DNA from: Candidatus Omnitrophota bacterium
GTDB lineage: Bacteria; Omnitrophota; Gorgyraeia; Gygaellales; Profunditerraquicolaceae
Length of the DNA stretch: 64,000 bases
Direction: 5' to 3'
NCBI GenBank assembly: GCA_043809145.1
Contig: JAZDED010000034.1
Location: 6,423-70,422, forward strand
Both the position numbers and the translations under genes were made by a program. The first letter of the stretch is position 1. The number at the start of each line of letters is the position of its first letter. Positions 1-9,006 of the stretch are shown piece after piece. Below the pieces are notes generated by a model that searched no databases, was not told the DNA's origin, and saw only the letters and a program-made list of their open reading frames with translations.

Positions 1-725
1 ACCGGGTTAACTTCTTTCTTATCTTTTTCATCGCTGCTGGCAAAATAAACTTCCATAATATCGCTGAAAATAACCGCATCCCTGGTATCAACCCTGACAT
101 TCTTGTTAAAAACCGCCGATTTCTTCAGGTAATCCATCTCCATTGGCCCGTCGCAGACAATGGTTATTTTATCAGAGCCTGAACCGGAAGGTTTTTTGGA
201 TTCAACCAGCGGATTTATATCAACCTTCACATTTTTAGTCAGGTTAAGCTGGTTAAGGTTAGGTTTTCCGCTTGCCCCCTGGCCTACGGCAACCAGATTA
301 TCTTTAGTAATATTAACCTTATCCAGAGTACTCATGGTCTGATTGGTCTTATCCCAATCAAGTGAGTCCGTAGTCATCTTTCCGCCCGATGAGATGGTAA
401 CTACGACGTTATTTTCAACGTGCAGAGTGCCTCCGGTCTTATTAAAATTTCCGGTATCAGCGGTAAGTTTGACCGTATCGTTTTCGCTGTAAAAATTACT
501 GGTTACATTGCTAAGCTTAATCAGTCCGTCAGAGATATCTGCGGATGTGCCGGCTACATCCCAACTCTTTTTTCCCTTATCTCCAAAACCAGAAAGGGAG
601 AAATCTATAATCTCCTGCCTTTCGGATTCGTTTTTGGCTGGGGGTTTATTTTGAGCAAAACAATTCTGTATTATAAAAGCCCAAACGCCTAAACTTAAGA
701 AAAATAACTTCAACTTAATTATCAT
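1..725 (-). CDS. LptA/OstA-like (LptC/LptA family) periplasmic LPS-transport protein, 5' partial at window edge. Not in the ORF track because it runs off the window.
   Basis: Hand translation of the minus strand from the ATG at 725-723 is open to position 1 (about 241 codons). It begins MIIKLKLFFLSLGVWAFIIQNCFAQ, a signal peptide, then a beta-rich OstA-like repeat region (DFSLSGFGDKGKKSWDVAGTSADISDG...GGTLHVENNVVV...). It sits immediately downstream of kdsC, the classic kdsD-kdsC-lptC-lptA arrangement. It overlaps the kdsC stop by 11 nt in another frame. Confidence 0.5.
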   Translation of the reverse strand, partial: MIIKLKLFFLSLGVWAFIIQNCFAQNKPPAKNESERQEIIDFSLSGFGDKGKKSWDVAGTSADISDGLIKLSNVTSNFYSENDTVKLTADTGNFNKTGGTLHVENNVVVTISSGGKMTTDSLDWDKTNQTMSTLDKVNITKDNLVAVGQGASGKPNLNQLNLTKNVKVDINPLVESKKPSGSGSDKITIVCDGPMEMDYLKKSAVFNKNVRVDTRDAVIFSDIMEVYFASSDEKDKKEVNP

Positions 726-1242
726 AAAACCCTACTAATTCCTTCCATTTGCCCTGGGTCTTTAAAATTAATTCTGCGACTTCGCGCACCGCACCCCGGC
801 CACCCTCCCTTAGGCTTATATAAGAAGAGACCCTCTTTACCTCCGGACAGGCATTAAATACCGCAACCGAGAAACCCACCTTCTTCATTAGGCCTATATC
901 TACCAGGTCGTCGCCTACAAAACAAACCTCTTCGCTGGTCAATTTGTATTTCTTAAGTATTTTGTCTAATACCGCGGTTTTGGGAGAAATATTTTCAAAT
1001 ACCTCATCCACCTGCATATCCCTGGCCCGGGGGCGTATTGCTGCCGAGGCCTTAGCGCTTATAAGAATGGTAGATATGCCCGCCTTCTTAAGTAGATGTA
1101 CGCCCATGCCGTCGTGAACATCAAAGAATTTCAGATCCCTTCCGCGGGAATCGTAGACAATCCTTCCGTCGGTTAAAACCCCGTCCACATCCAGCAATAA
1201 TAACTTGATTTTTTTTGCCTTAGCTAGAATTTCTTCTTCCAT
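715..1242 (-). CDS. kdsC: 3-deoxy-D-manno-octulosonate 8-phosphate phosphatase (HAD family). Start chosen at MEEEIL; the TAATG overlap with the kdsD stop suggests translational coupling.
   Basis: HAD motif LLLLDVDGVLTDG and C-terminal GDDLVD. Size and position follow kdsD. Confidence 0.8.
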   Translation of the reverse strand: MEEEILAKAKKIKLLLLDVDGVLTDGRIVYDSRGRDLKFFDVHDGMGVHLLKKAGISTILISAKASAAIRPRARDMQVDEVFENISPKTAVLDKILKKYKLTSEEVCFVGDDLVDIGLMKKVGFSVAVFNACPEVKRVSSYISLREGGRGAVREVAELILKTQGKWKELVGFYDN

Positions 1243-2216
1243 TAAACCAAACCTGCCTTCAATAAATCCTGTATATCCAAAAGTCCGATAGGACAATACT
1301 CTTTGTCCACTACCGGAATCTCATCGATCTTCTTCTCCTGCAATATATGCATGGCTTCCGCTGCCAACCTATCCTGCTTAATAACTTTAGGGTTTTTGGT
1401 CATTACATCCTTAATTTTTCTTTGCGTAAGATTATCGTCAGCCTCCAGATGCCGCCTTAAGTCTCCATCCGTAAATATTCCAATTAATCTTCCTTTTTTA
1501 TCCACTACGCTTACTGAACCTGCGCGGCTCTGCGTAATCTTTAAAAGGGCTTTAGAGACAGTTACATCCATATCTACTACCGGGCTTTGTTTACCCTTAC
1601 GCATCAGGTCTTCTACTTTGAGTAAAAGCCTCTTGCCCAATGCTCCCCCGGGATGGAAAAAAGCAAAATCTTTCTCTTTAAACCCCTTTAATTCCAAAAG
1701 GCACGTAGCCAAAGCATCGGTCAGCGCAAGGGTAGCGGTAGTGGAAGCCATAGGCGCCAGGCCCAATGGACAAGCTTCTTTTCTTACCGATACATCCAGG
1801 ACTATATCGCTGTGGCTAGCAAGAATAGACCTTCTATTTCCGGTAAGGGCAATAATCTTAGTCCCGATCTTCTTTAATAGGGGCAGGAGCTGCTTTAACT
1901 CTTCAGACTGTCCGCTATTGGAAATAATCACCACTGTATCCTCTTCCATTACCCTGCCTAGATCTCCGTGAATAGCTTCGGAGGAATGTAAAAACAAACT
2001 TGGCGTTCCGGTAGAAGCAAGGGTAGCGGAAAATTTCTGAGCGATAATACCGGTCTTACCCATACCGCTTACTACCACTCTCCCCCGGGTCTTAAACAAT
2101 ATATCAACTGCCGAAAGAAAATCTTTATTTATTCTGGGCTTGAGCTCCCTGATTGCCTCGGCTTCAATCTCAAGCACTTCTTTAGCTTTTTTTAAAACAT
2201 TGATTTTCATTATCAC
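1242..2216 (-). CDS. kdsD: Arabinose-5-phosphate isomerase (SIS plus tandem CBS domains), KpsF/GutQ family.
   Basis: SIS-domain motifs (VVVSGMGKTG, VVIISNSGQSEE) plus a C-terminal CBS pair. KDO operon context. Confidence 0.85.
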   Translation of the reverse strand: MIMKINVLKKAKEVLEIEAEAIRELKPRINKDFLSAVDILFKTRGRVVVSGMGKTGIIAQKFSATLASTGTPSLFLHSSEAIHGDLGRVMEEDTVVIISNSGQSEELKQLLPLLKKIGTKIIALTGNRRSILASHSDIVLDVSVRKEACPLGLAPMASTTATLALTDALATCLLELKGFKEKDFAFFHPGGALGKRLLLKVEDLMRKGKQSPVVDMDVTVSKALLKITQSRAGSVSVVDKKGRLIGIFTDGDLRRHLEADDNLTQRKIKDVMTKNPKVIKQDRLAAEAMHILQEKKIDEIPVVDKEYCPIGLLDIQDLLKAGLV

Positions 2217-2222
2217 TTATCC

Positions 2223-3041
2223 CTATAATAACGCCTGACTTATCTTCTTTACTTCTTTTAATAATTTCTCTAGTTCACTAAGATTAATCATATTCGGCCC
2301 GTCGCAAAGAGCCTTATCCGGCATAAGGTGCACCTCCAGGAATAACCCTTCACAGCCAAAAGCTGCTGCCGCGCGGGAAAGCGGCAAAACAAACTGCCTC
2401 TCTCCTCCCGAACTTGCGCCTTTGCCGCCGGGAAGCTGAACGCTGTGAGTAGCATCGTAAATTACCGGATAACCGCATGCGCGCATAATATCCAAGGCGC
2501 GAAAATCAGTAACCAGATTATTATACCCAAAACTATAGCCTCTCTCGGTAATAATAATATTTTTATTACCCGTGGCTTCTATTTTTTTAATAATTGGCTG
2601 AATATCCCACGGCGCTAAAAACTGGCCCTTTTTTATATTAATGGCCTTGCCGGTTCTGGCTGCAGACAGGATAAGGTCAGTCTGACGGCACAATAAGGCG
2701 GGAATCTGGAGCACATCCAGAACCTTAGCGGCTTTGGATACTTCTTTTTGACAGTGCACATCGCTAAGAACAGGAATTTTTAATTTTTGCTTAACTTTAG
2801 CCAAAACCTCTAGTCCGCGTTCCAAACCCGGCCCGCGAAATGAACCAGCAGAAAGACGATTGGCCTTATCATAGCTGGATTTAAAAATAAAAGGTACGCC
2901 TACTTTTTCGGTAACTCCATTGATCCTTTTGGCAGTTTCAAGACAGCCGGATTCCGATTCAATCACACATGGCCCGGCAATGAGTACCAACGGATGCCCG
3001 CCGCCGATTTTTATTTTTCCTATCTTTACTTCTTTTATCAT
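2223..3041 (-). CDS. kdsA: 3-deoxy-8-phosphooctulonate synthase (KDO8P synthase).
   Basis: DAHP/KDO8P synthase family, about 272 aa (GPCVIES, conserved KGQF motif). Lies between kdsB and kdsD. Confidence 0.85.
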   Translation of the reverse strand: MIKEVKIGKIKIGGGHPLVLIAGPCVIESESGCLETAKRINGVTEKVGVPFIFKSSYDKANRLSAGSFRGPGLERGLEVLAKVKQKLKIPVLSDVHCQKEVSKAAKVLDVLQIPALLCRQTDLILSAARTGKAINIKKGQFLAPWDIQPIIKKIEATGNKNIIITERGYSFGYNNLVTDFRALDIMRACGYPVIYDATHSVQLPGGKGASSGGERQFVLPLSRAAAAFGCEGLFLEVHLMPDKALCDGPNMINLSELEKLLKEVKKISQALL

Positions 3042-3075
3042 TACCCCTTACCCCTTATCAGTTAACACTTAACTC

Positions 3076-3813
3076 TTAACACTTATCCCTCAAATACTCC
3101 TCGACCTTAGCTAAATCCTCAGGAGTATCTACTCCAATAGTATCGTATCTAGTTTCAATGACCTTAATCTTGTACCCCTCTTCCAAAACCCTCAACTGTT
3201 CCAGTTTTTCAATTCTTTCCAGGTTAGAAACAGCCAGATTTTTATAAACAAAGATAAAATCCTTAGTATAACCGTACAAGCCGATATGTTTATAATAAAC
3301 AGGGCTGGCTATATCGGAGTTTTCTGCCCGCATTGGAATAGGGGCGCGTGAAAAATACATTGCAAACCCGTCCTTATCGACCACTACCTTGACCACATGC
3401 GGATCATTAATATCATTAATATTCTCAATCCTTCTCATTAACGTGGCCATATTCAAAGCCTTGTCTTCCAGTAGCGCTCCAGCAACATTGTCAATCATGG
3501 TAGGATGAATCAATGGCTCATCTCCCTGGATATTAATAACCACTTTAACATCCAGAGGATTAATCACTTCAGCAATACGGTCTGTGCCCGAAACATGCGC
3601 CTTGGCAGTCATCACCACCTTAGCCCCGAATTCCCTGGCTACAGACGCCACCTTTTCATCATCACAGGCTATAATCAACTCATCCAGAAGCTTGGCCTTT
3701 TTAGAGCGCTCCCAGACATGCTGGATCATAGGCTTACCTAGTAGATGAACCAATACCTTACCGGCGAAACGAGTCGACGAATATCTTGCCGGTATAACTC
3801 CTACGACTTCCAT
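3076..3813 (-). CDS. kdsB: 3-deoxy-manno-octulosonate cytidylyltransferase (CMP-KDO synthetase).
   Basis: N-terminal VIPARYSSTRFAGK motif, 245 aa. KDO context. Confidence 0.85.
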   Translation of the reverse strand: MEVVGVIPARYSSTRFAGKVLVHLLGKPMIQHVWERSKKAKLLDELIIACDDEKVASVAREFGAKVVMTAKAHVSGTDRIAEVINPLDVKVVINIQGDEPLIHPTMIDNVAGALLEDKALNMATLMRRIENINDINDPHVVKVVVDKDGFAMYFSRAPIPMRAENSDIASPVYYKHIGLYGYTKDFIFVYKNLAVSNLERIEKLEQLRVLEEGYKIKVIETRYDTIGVDTPEDLAKVEEYLRDKC

Positions 3814-3823
3814 ATAATTCTCC

Positions 3824-4837
3824 TTAGGGTAATCTGCTGATTAATTCCTTACGATTGGTTACGGCAGTGCCTAATTTTCCTACCACTATCCCTGCGGCAA
3901 AGTTAGCAATATGAGCCGCCTCTTCTTTGCTTGAGCCCGCGCTCAGGCCCAGGGTGAAATTGGCAATTACCGTATCGCCGGCTCCGGAAACATCAAAAAC
4001 TTCCTGAGCCACCGTAGGTATATATGCAGGCAGTTTATCCTTTTGATAAAGTTTCATCCCGCTTTCGCCTAAAGTCACCAGCATGGAATCCAAACCCAGA
4101 TATTTAAGGATATGCCCTGCGGCAAGGTCAATATCCCTTGAAGAATTCAAGCGGTAATCGTCAAGTTTAAAGGTGTTGGTATTATCCTTGATCTTCAGAT
4201 TCTTTATAGCATTCTCCAGCTCTTTACGGTTAGGGGTGATCCCGGTAACTTGACGATAATACTGAAAATGCTCCTCTTTAGGATCCACGGTAATAATCTT
4301 CTTATGTTTTTTTGCCTGGGCAATTACCTCCTCCAAAAGATGCATATTAATAACTCCCTTGCCGTAATCTTCGATAATCACCGCGTCAAACTTACTTATA
4401 TTATTTCTGATAAATTTGATAATCCGGTTGTTCAGAGAATCCGGCAAAGGCTCAAGATGCTCCCAATCTACCCTGACCACCTGCTGGTGCCCGGCAAGGA
4501 TACGTGTTTTGACCGTTGTGCATCTATGAGGCTCGCTGAATACCGCAGAAGTGGATATCTTTCTCTTCTTAAACTCCGCCAAAAGAGAATTGGAATTCTT
4601 ATCTTTACCGACTACTCCCAATAAACAAACATCGGCATCCATGGAACGAATATTATAAGCAACATTAGCTGCCCCTCCGGGCATATAGGTGCGCCTGTTA
4701 GCCCAAACTACCGGGACCGGAGCTTCGGGAGAAATTCTGTCAACATTGCCCCAGATAAATTCATCAAGGATCAAATCCCCGATTACCATCACCTTAGCTC
4801 TATTGAACTTATTAACTATTTGTTTTAGATTGCGCAT
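3824..4837 (-). CDS. hldE: D-beta-D-heptose 7-phosphate kinase (HldE/RfaE domain I), pfkB carbohydrate-kinase family.
   Basis: Hallmark RfaE-domain-I N-terminus VMVIGDLILDEFIWGNVDRISPEAPVPVV and C-terminal pfkB motif GAGDT. Confidence 0.75.
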   Translation of the reverse strand: MRNLKQIVNKFNRAKVMVIGDLILDEFIWGNVDRISPEAPVPVVWANRRTYMPGGAANVAYNIRSMDADVCLLGVVGKDKNSNSLLAEFKKRKISTSAVFSEPHRCTTVKTRILAGHQQVVRVDWEHLEPLPDSLNNRIIKFIRNNISKFDAVIIEDYGKGVINMHLLEEVIAQAKKHKKIITVDPKEEHFQYYRQVTGITPNRKELENAIKNLKIKDNTNTFKLDDYRLNSSRDIDLAAGHILKYLGLDSMLVTLGESGMKLYQKDKLPAYIPTVAQEVFDVSGAGDTVIANFTLGLSAGSSKEEAAHIANFAAGIVVGKLGTAVTNRKELISRLP

Positions 4838-4950
4838 AATTTTCTTAATCGCCAGTTGATTTTTGGGTATTTACTACGAGTCTTTCTCAAACCAACACGA
4901 CCCTATAAATTTATCACAAATAAGCTTTGAAATCAACTATTTTCGGGAGA

Positions 4951-6741
4951 TTATCTCTTTAAATCCTGATTACAGTATAACCTATTATATAAGCCCTCTT
5001 TGGCAAGCAATTCGGAGTGATTCCCCTCTTCGACGATTCTACCCTGGTCAATAACAATGATATGAGAGGCATTCCTTACGGTGGAAAGTCGGTGGGCAAT
5101 TACAAATACGGTCCTACCTTTAATCAGCCTGTTTAAAGCCTCTTGCACTATACGTTCTGCCTCAGTATCAAGCGCCGATGTAGCCTCATCAAGAATAAGT
5201 ATGGGCGGATTTTTAAGAATAGCCCGCGCAATTGCAATACGCTGGCGCTCTCCACCGGAAAGCTTCATTCCCCTATCTCCGATTAAAGTATCGTAACCAG
5301 AGGAAAGACGGCTTATAAAATCATGGGCATGGGCCTGCATGGCAGCCTGAACAATCTCCTCCTTTAAAGCCTCAGGTTTACCATAAGAAATATTCGCCCG
5401 TATAGTGTCATTAAAAAGAATAGTCTCCTGAGTTACCAAACCGATCTGCTGGCGCAGTGACTTAATAGTATAATTTTTAATATCTATTCCATCAATCAGT
5501 ATCGCCCCTTTTTGCGGATCATAAAAACGCGGCACCAGATCCACCAGGGTAGTCTTCCCCGAACCGCTAGGGCCCACAATAGCCAGAGCCTCACCCTTCT
5601 TTACATTCAAGCTTGCGCCTTTAAGGACCGGCACATCGGCATAACTAAACCAGACATCCTGAAAAAGTATTTCGTTCTTGAATTCCGTAAAAATGGAAGC
5701 ATTCTTTCTTTCAGCCACAGAAGCAACAGTATCAAAAATTTCATAGATACGGGTACTGGCGGCAGCTGCCTGTTGAATAAGGGAATTCACCTGGCTCAAT
5801 TTTTTAAAAGGGCGCACAAGAGAAAGCATCGAGCCTAAAAATAGCCCGAATACGCCAAAAGAAATTTTGCCGGCAATAACCTCTTTTCCTCCCCAGACAA
5901 AAACAAAGATACCAGCAATAGCCCCCAGGAATTCCGTAGCCGGAGATAACAATAGCGAGCGTTTAATACTCTTCATGGAAATCCGGTAATAATCATGATT
6001 GGCCTGATTAAACTTGGCAACCTCATGGCCCTCCATATTAAAAGCCTTGATAATCTTGGCTCCCAAAATACCTTCATAAAGGAAAGAGTTGATATCCGCC
6101 ATCTTTTCCTGGCTCCTGCGGGAAAGCTTGCGCAGCATTCTGCCCACCTTTATTATCGGAAGGCTGATTAATGGCAGTAATACTAAAGCAGTCAAAGCCA
6201 TCTTCCAATGAATGAAAAAGATCAAAAAAGTAAAAACAACTACCTGAAGGAATTGATAAATGACATCAGTGGTAGCATAAGCCACGGCAGTTTCTACCAG
6301 TTTTACGTCATTGGTAATACGCGAGATTAATTCCCCTCCCCGGCTATGCACAAAAAAGTCCAGCGAGAGCCCCTGGAATTTGGCATAAAGTTTGTTTCTT
6401 ATGTCTCTTACAACCAGCTGGCCTATGTTCGACATAAAATAACTCTGGAAGAAAGTAAAAACCCCCTTGAGAAGAAAAAGTACAACTACGGCAAAAGAAA
6501 TATAATAAAGCAGGCTCAGCTGATTACTATTATTCAAATAGTCCACGAAATTACTTAAAAATTCCGGCAGCTTTGCAGGAATGATTATTTTTTTATTGGT
6601 AAGAATTTTATCTGCAACCGGTACAATCATGCCTATTGAAATACCGTCAAAAAGAGCAGAAAACCCCATAAATACCCCGGCTAAACCCAGAATATTAATA
6701 TACGGCTTGACGAATTTCAACAACCTTAAGTAATCGCGCAT
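4951..6741 (-). CDS. msbA: ABC transporter permease/ATPase fusion, lipid A exporter MsbA-like.
   Basis: Six-TM N-terminal half; Walker A GPSGSGKTT, signature LSGGERQR, Walker B ILILDEAT. Heads the LPS minus-strand operon. Confidence 0.75.
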   Translation of the reverse strand: MRDYLRLLKFVKPYINILGLAGVFMGFSALFDGISIGMIVPVADKILTNKKIIIPAKLPEFLSNFVDYLNNSNQLSLLYYISFAVVVLFLLKGVFTFFQSYFMSNIGQLVVRDIRNKLYAKFQGLSLDFFVHSRGGELISRITNDVKLVETAVAYATTDVIYQFLQVVVFTFLIFFIHWKMALTALVLLPLISLPIIKVGRMLRKLSRRSQEKMADINSFLYEGILGAKIIKAFNMEGHEVAKFNQANHDYYRISMKSIKRSLLLSPATEFLGAIAGIFVFVWGGKEVIAGKISFGVFGLFLGSMLSLVRPFKKLSQVNSLIQQAAAASTRIYEIFDTVASVAERKNASIFTEFKNEILFQDVWFSYADVPVLKGASLNVKKGEALAIVGPSGSGKTTLVDLVPRFYDPQKGAILIDGIDIKNYTIKSLRQQIGLVTQETILFNDTIRANISYGKPEALKEEIVQAAMQAHAHDFISRLSSGYDTLIGDRGMKLSGGERQRIAIARAILKNPPILILDEATSALDTEAERIVQEALNRLIKGRTVFVIAHRLSTVRNASHIIVIDQGRIVEEGNHSELLAKEGLYNRLYCNQDLKR

Positions 6742-6964
6742 AAATTTTACTCTCTTTTTTTATGTCGGAAAATTTATCCTTAAAGCGTGCGCATAAAAAT
6801 TTTAGTCGCTTTATTTATGAAATTTTAAAGCCTTTACGCAAGGGATAACTGGCTATTAGTTCATATCTTAACATAACGCCTGCTTTTTGTCGAGCAATTT
6901 AGAGATTACTAAGATTAAAAGATTTTAGTTGCAAGTAGATACAGTATTTGTTAATATCACTACT

Positions 6965-7891
6965 ATGAATAAATTAAGGATAGGAGTGGTGGGAACCGGA
7001 CATTTAGGCAGCCTGCATGCCAAAATATACAAAGAAATCCCGGAGTGTGAATTAGCTGCAATCTGCGATATCAATAAACCTCTCTTGGAAAAAATATCAT
7101 CTTCTCTCGGCGTAAGCGCGTATACCGATTACCGAAAGATTTTCGACAAAATCGACGCGGTAAGTATTTGCGTACCCACTAAAAACCACGCCTTGGTTGC
7201 CGCGGAGTTCCTTAAAAATAAAATCCCCTGCCTGGTGGAAAAACCCTTCACTACCAATCTTAAAGAAGCAGATCAATTGATCAAGCTTGCCAAAAAGAAT
7301 AAACTCATCCTTCAGGTAGGCCACATCGAAAGGTTTAATTCCGCTTTTGGCGCCACCAAGAAACTTATCAAAGAGCCGCGTTTTATCGAATGCCACCGTT
7401 TAAGCCCATTTCCTAACCGTTCGCTGGATATAGGAGCGGTATTGGATATCATGATCCATGACATAGATATAATCCTGGGGTTAATCCCTTCCAAGATAAA
7501 AAAAATCGAAGCCGTGGGAGTAAATGTCCTTACTGCCTTCGAAGATATCGCCAATGCCCGGATCACATTTGCGAATGGCTGCGTAGTCAACCTTACCGCC
7601 AGCCGGGTCTCGGATGAAGTAATGCGAAAAATACGCATTTTCCAGAAAGAGGCCTATATCTCTTTAGACTATAAAGATGCCCGGGCAACTGTTTACAGTA
7701 AAAAGGGGCAGGTAATTTCAAAAGAAGACCTTCCTATCGAAAAAGAACAACCGCTGCAAAAAGAATTACGCTCTTTTGTGGAATGCGTTCAGAAAAACAT
7801 TCCTCCTTTAGTAACCGGAGATATTGCCCGTCAGGCCTTAAAGGTAGCCCTCATTATCCAAAAGGATATATGGAAGAAAAAAAGATCCTGA
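6965..7891 (+). CDS. Gfo/Idh/MocA family NAD(P)-dependent oxidoreductase. The ORF-track TTG start at 6929 was moved to the ATG at 6965.
   Basis: Rossmann N-terminus MNKLRIGVVGTGHLG and the EKP motif (CLVEKP). It overlaps lpxB by about 22 nt. Confidence 0.75.
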   Translation: MNKLRIGVVGTGHLGSLHAKIYKEIPECELAAICDINKPLLEKISSSLGVSAYTDYRKIFDKIDAVSICVPTKNHALVAAEFLKNKIPCLVEKPFTTNLKEADQLIKLAKKNKLILQVGHIERFNSAFGATKKLIKEPRFIECHRLSPFPNRSLDIGAVLDIMIHDIDIILGLIPSKIKKIEAVGVNVLTAFEDIANARITFANGCVVNLTASRVSDEVMRKIRIFQKEAYISLDYKDARATVYSKKGQVISKEDLPIEKEQPLQKELRSFVECVQKNIPPLVTGDIARQALKVALIIQKDIWKKKRS

Positions 7892-9006
7892 TTATTTGCG
7901 GAGAAGCCTCGGGCGACCTGCATGCCGCAAACCTGGCAAAAGCCATAAAAAAAATAAATCCTTCGGTTAAAATTTCCGCGGTGGGCGGAAAACAGCTTCA
8001 GGCAGCCAAGGCCGATATTATTTACGACATAAAGGAACTCTCGGTAATCGGGCTGCTTGATGTATTAAAAAAACTTCCTCGCTTCATCTCTTTAAAAAAC
8101 TTCCTGATCAAAAAAATTATTAAGGAAAAATACGACCTGCTCATTATGGTCGACTTCTCCGGATTCAACCTGAGATTGGCCAAAACCTTAAATAAAAGAA
8201 CTCGCCTGGTCTACTACATCAGCCCCCAGGTCTGGGCCTCGCGTGAGGGTAGGATTAATATTATTAAAAAATACATAGATAAAATGGTTGTATTATTTGA
8301 ATTTGAAGAAAGGTTTTACCGGGAGCATGGGATAAAAGCAAGCTTTATCGGCCACCCCCTTTTAGACATTGTCAAATCAACACTTTCAAGAAACGAATTC
8401 TTAAAGGGGCTGGGATTAACGCAGGACAAGATTACCATAGCGCTGTTACCCGGTTCAAGAAATCAGGAAATAAAAAATATTTTCCCTATTATGCTCAAAT
8501 CAGCGGCAATCATCAAACAAAATATGGAAAATGTGCAATTTTTACTTGTCAAATCCCCTCAACTAGATTATGATGTATACAATAGTTGCCTGCAAGATTT
8601 TTTGCATCTAAATATTAAAATTAGCGAAGCCGGAACTTACGATTGCATTAATGCGGCAGATTTCTGTTTAGTATGCTCTGGAACGGCAACGCTAGAAACA
8701 ACTATCTTGCAGAAACCATTTGTGGTAATATATAAGTTAGGGCTTTTGAATTATCTGTTGTATCGTCCGCAGATTAAAGTACCCTTTATTGGAATAACTA
8801 ACATAATATCGGGAAAAAAGATTGTACCGGAATTTATCCAATTTAAGGCAAAGCCAAGAAGTATTGCTGAGCTTACCTTAAAGCTATTGCGTGACACGAA
8901 AGAGCTTGAACGCATGAAAGAGGATCTTACCGAAGCTAAAGAAAAATTAGGCAAGCCCGGGGCATGCGACCGGGCGGCGGAAATAATCAACGAATACTTA
9001 AAATGA
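7870..9006 (+). CDS. lpxB: Lipid-A-disaccharide synthase.
   Basis: MEEKKILIICGEASGDLHAANLAKAIK is a typical LpxB N-terminus (GEASGD). About 378 aa with a Shine-Dalgarno AAAGGA before the ATG at 7870. Confidence 0.8.
   Translation: MEEKKILIICGEASGDLHAANLAKAIKKINPSVKISAVGGKQLQAAKADIIYDIKELSVIGLLDVLKKLPRFISLKNFLIKKIIKEKYDLLIMVDFSGFNLRLAKTLNKRTRLVYYISPQVWASREGRINIIKKYIDKMVVLFEFEERFYREHGIKASFIGHPLLDIVKSTLSRNEFLKGLGLTQDKITIALLPGSRNQEIKNIFPIMLKSAAIIKQNMENVQFLLVKSPQLDYDVYNSCLQDFLHLNIKISEAGTYDCINAADFCLVCSGTATLETTILQKPFVVIYKLGLLNYLLYRPQIKVPFIGITNIISGKKIVPEFIQFKAKPRSIAELTLKLLRDTKELERMKEDLTEAKEKLGKPGACDRAAEIINEYLK

Noticed and set aside
160-692. Plus-strand ORFs 160..342 and 420..692 from the six-frame track.
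   Set aside because: Low-complexity translations with no family features. The opposite strand encodes a continuous LptA/OstA-like protein in operon position after kdsC, so these are shadow ORFs.
1303-1971. Plus-strand 222-aa ORF inside kdsD.
   Set aside because: Antisense to a well-supported SIS/CBS gene; Ser/Leu-rich composition typical of shadow frames.
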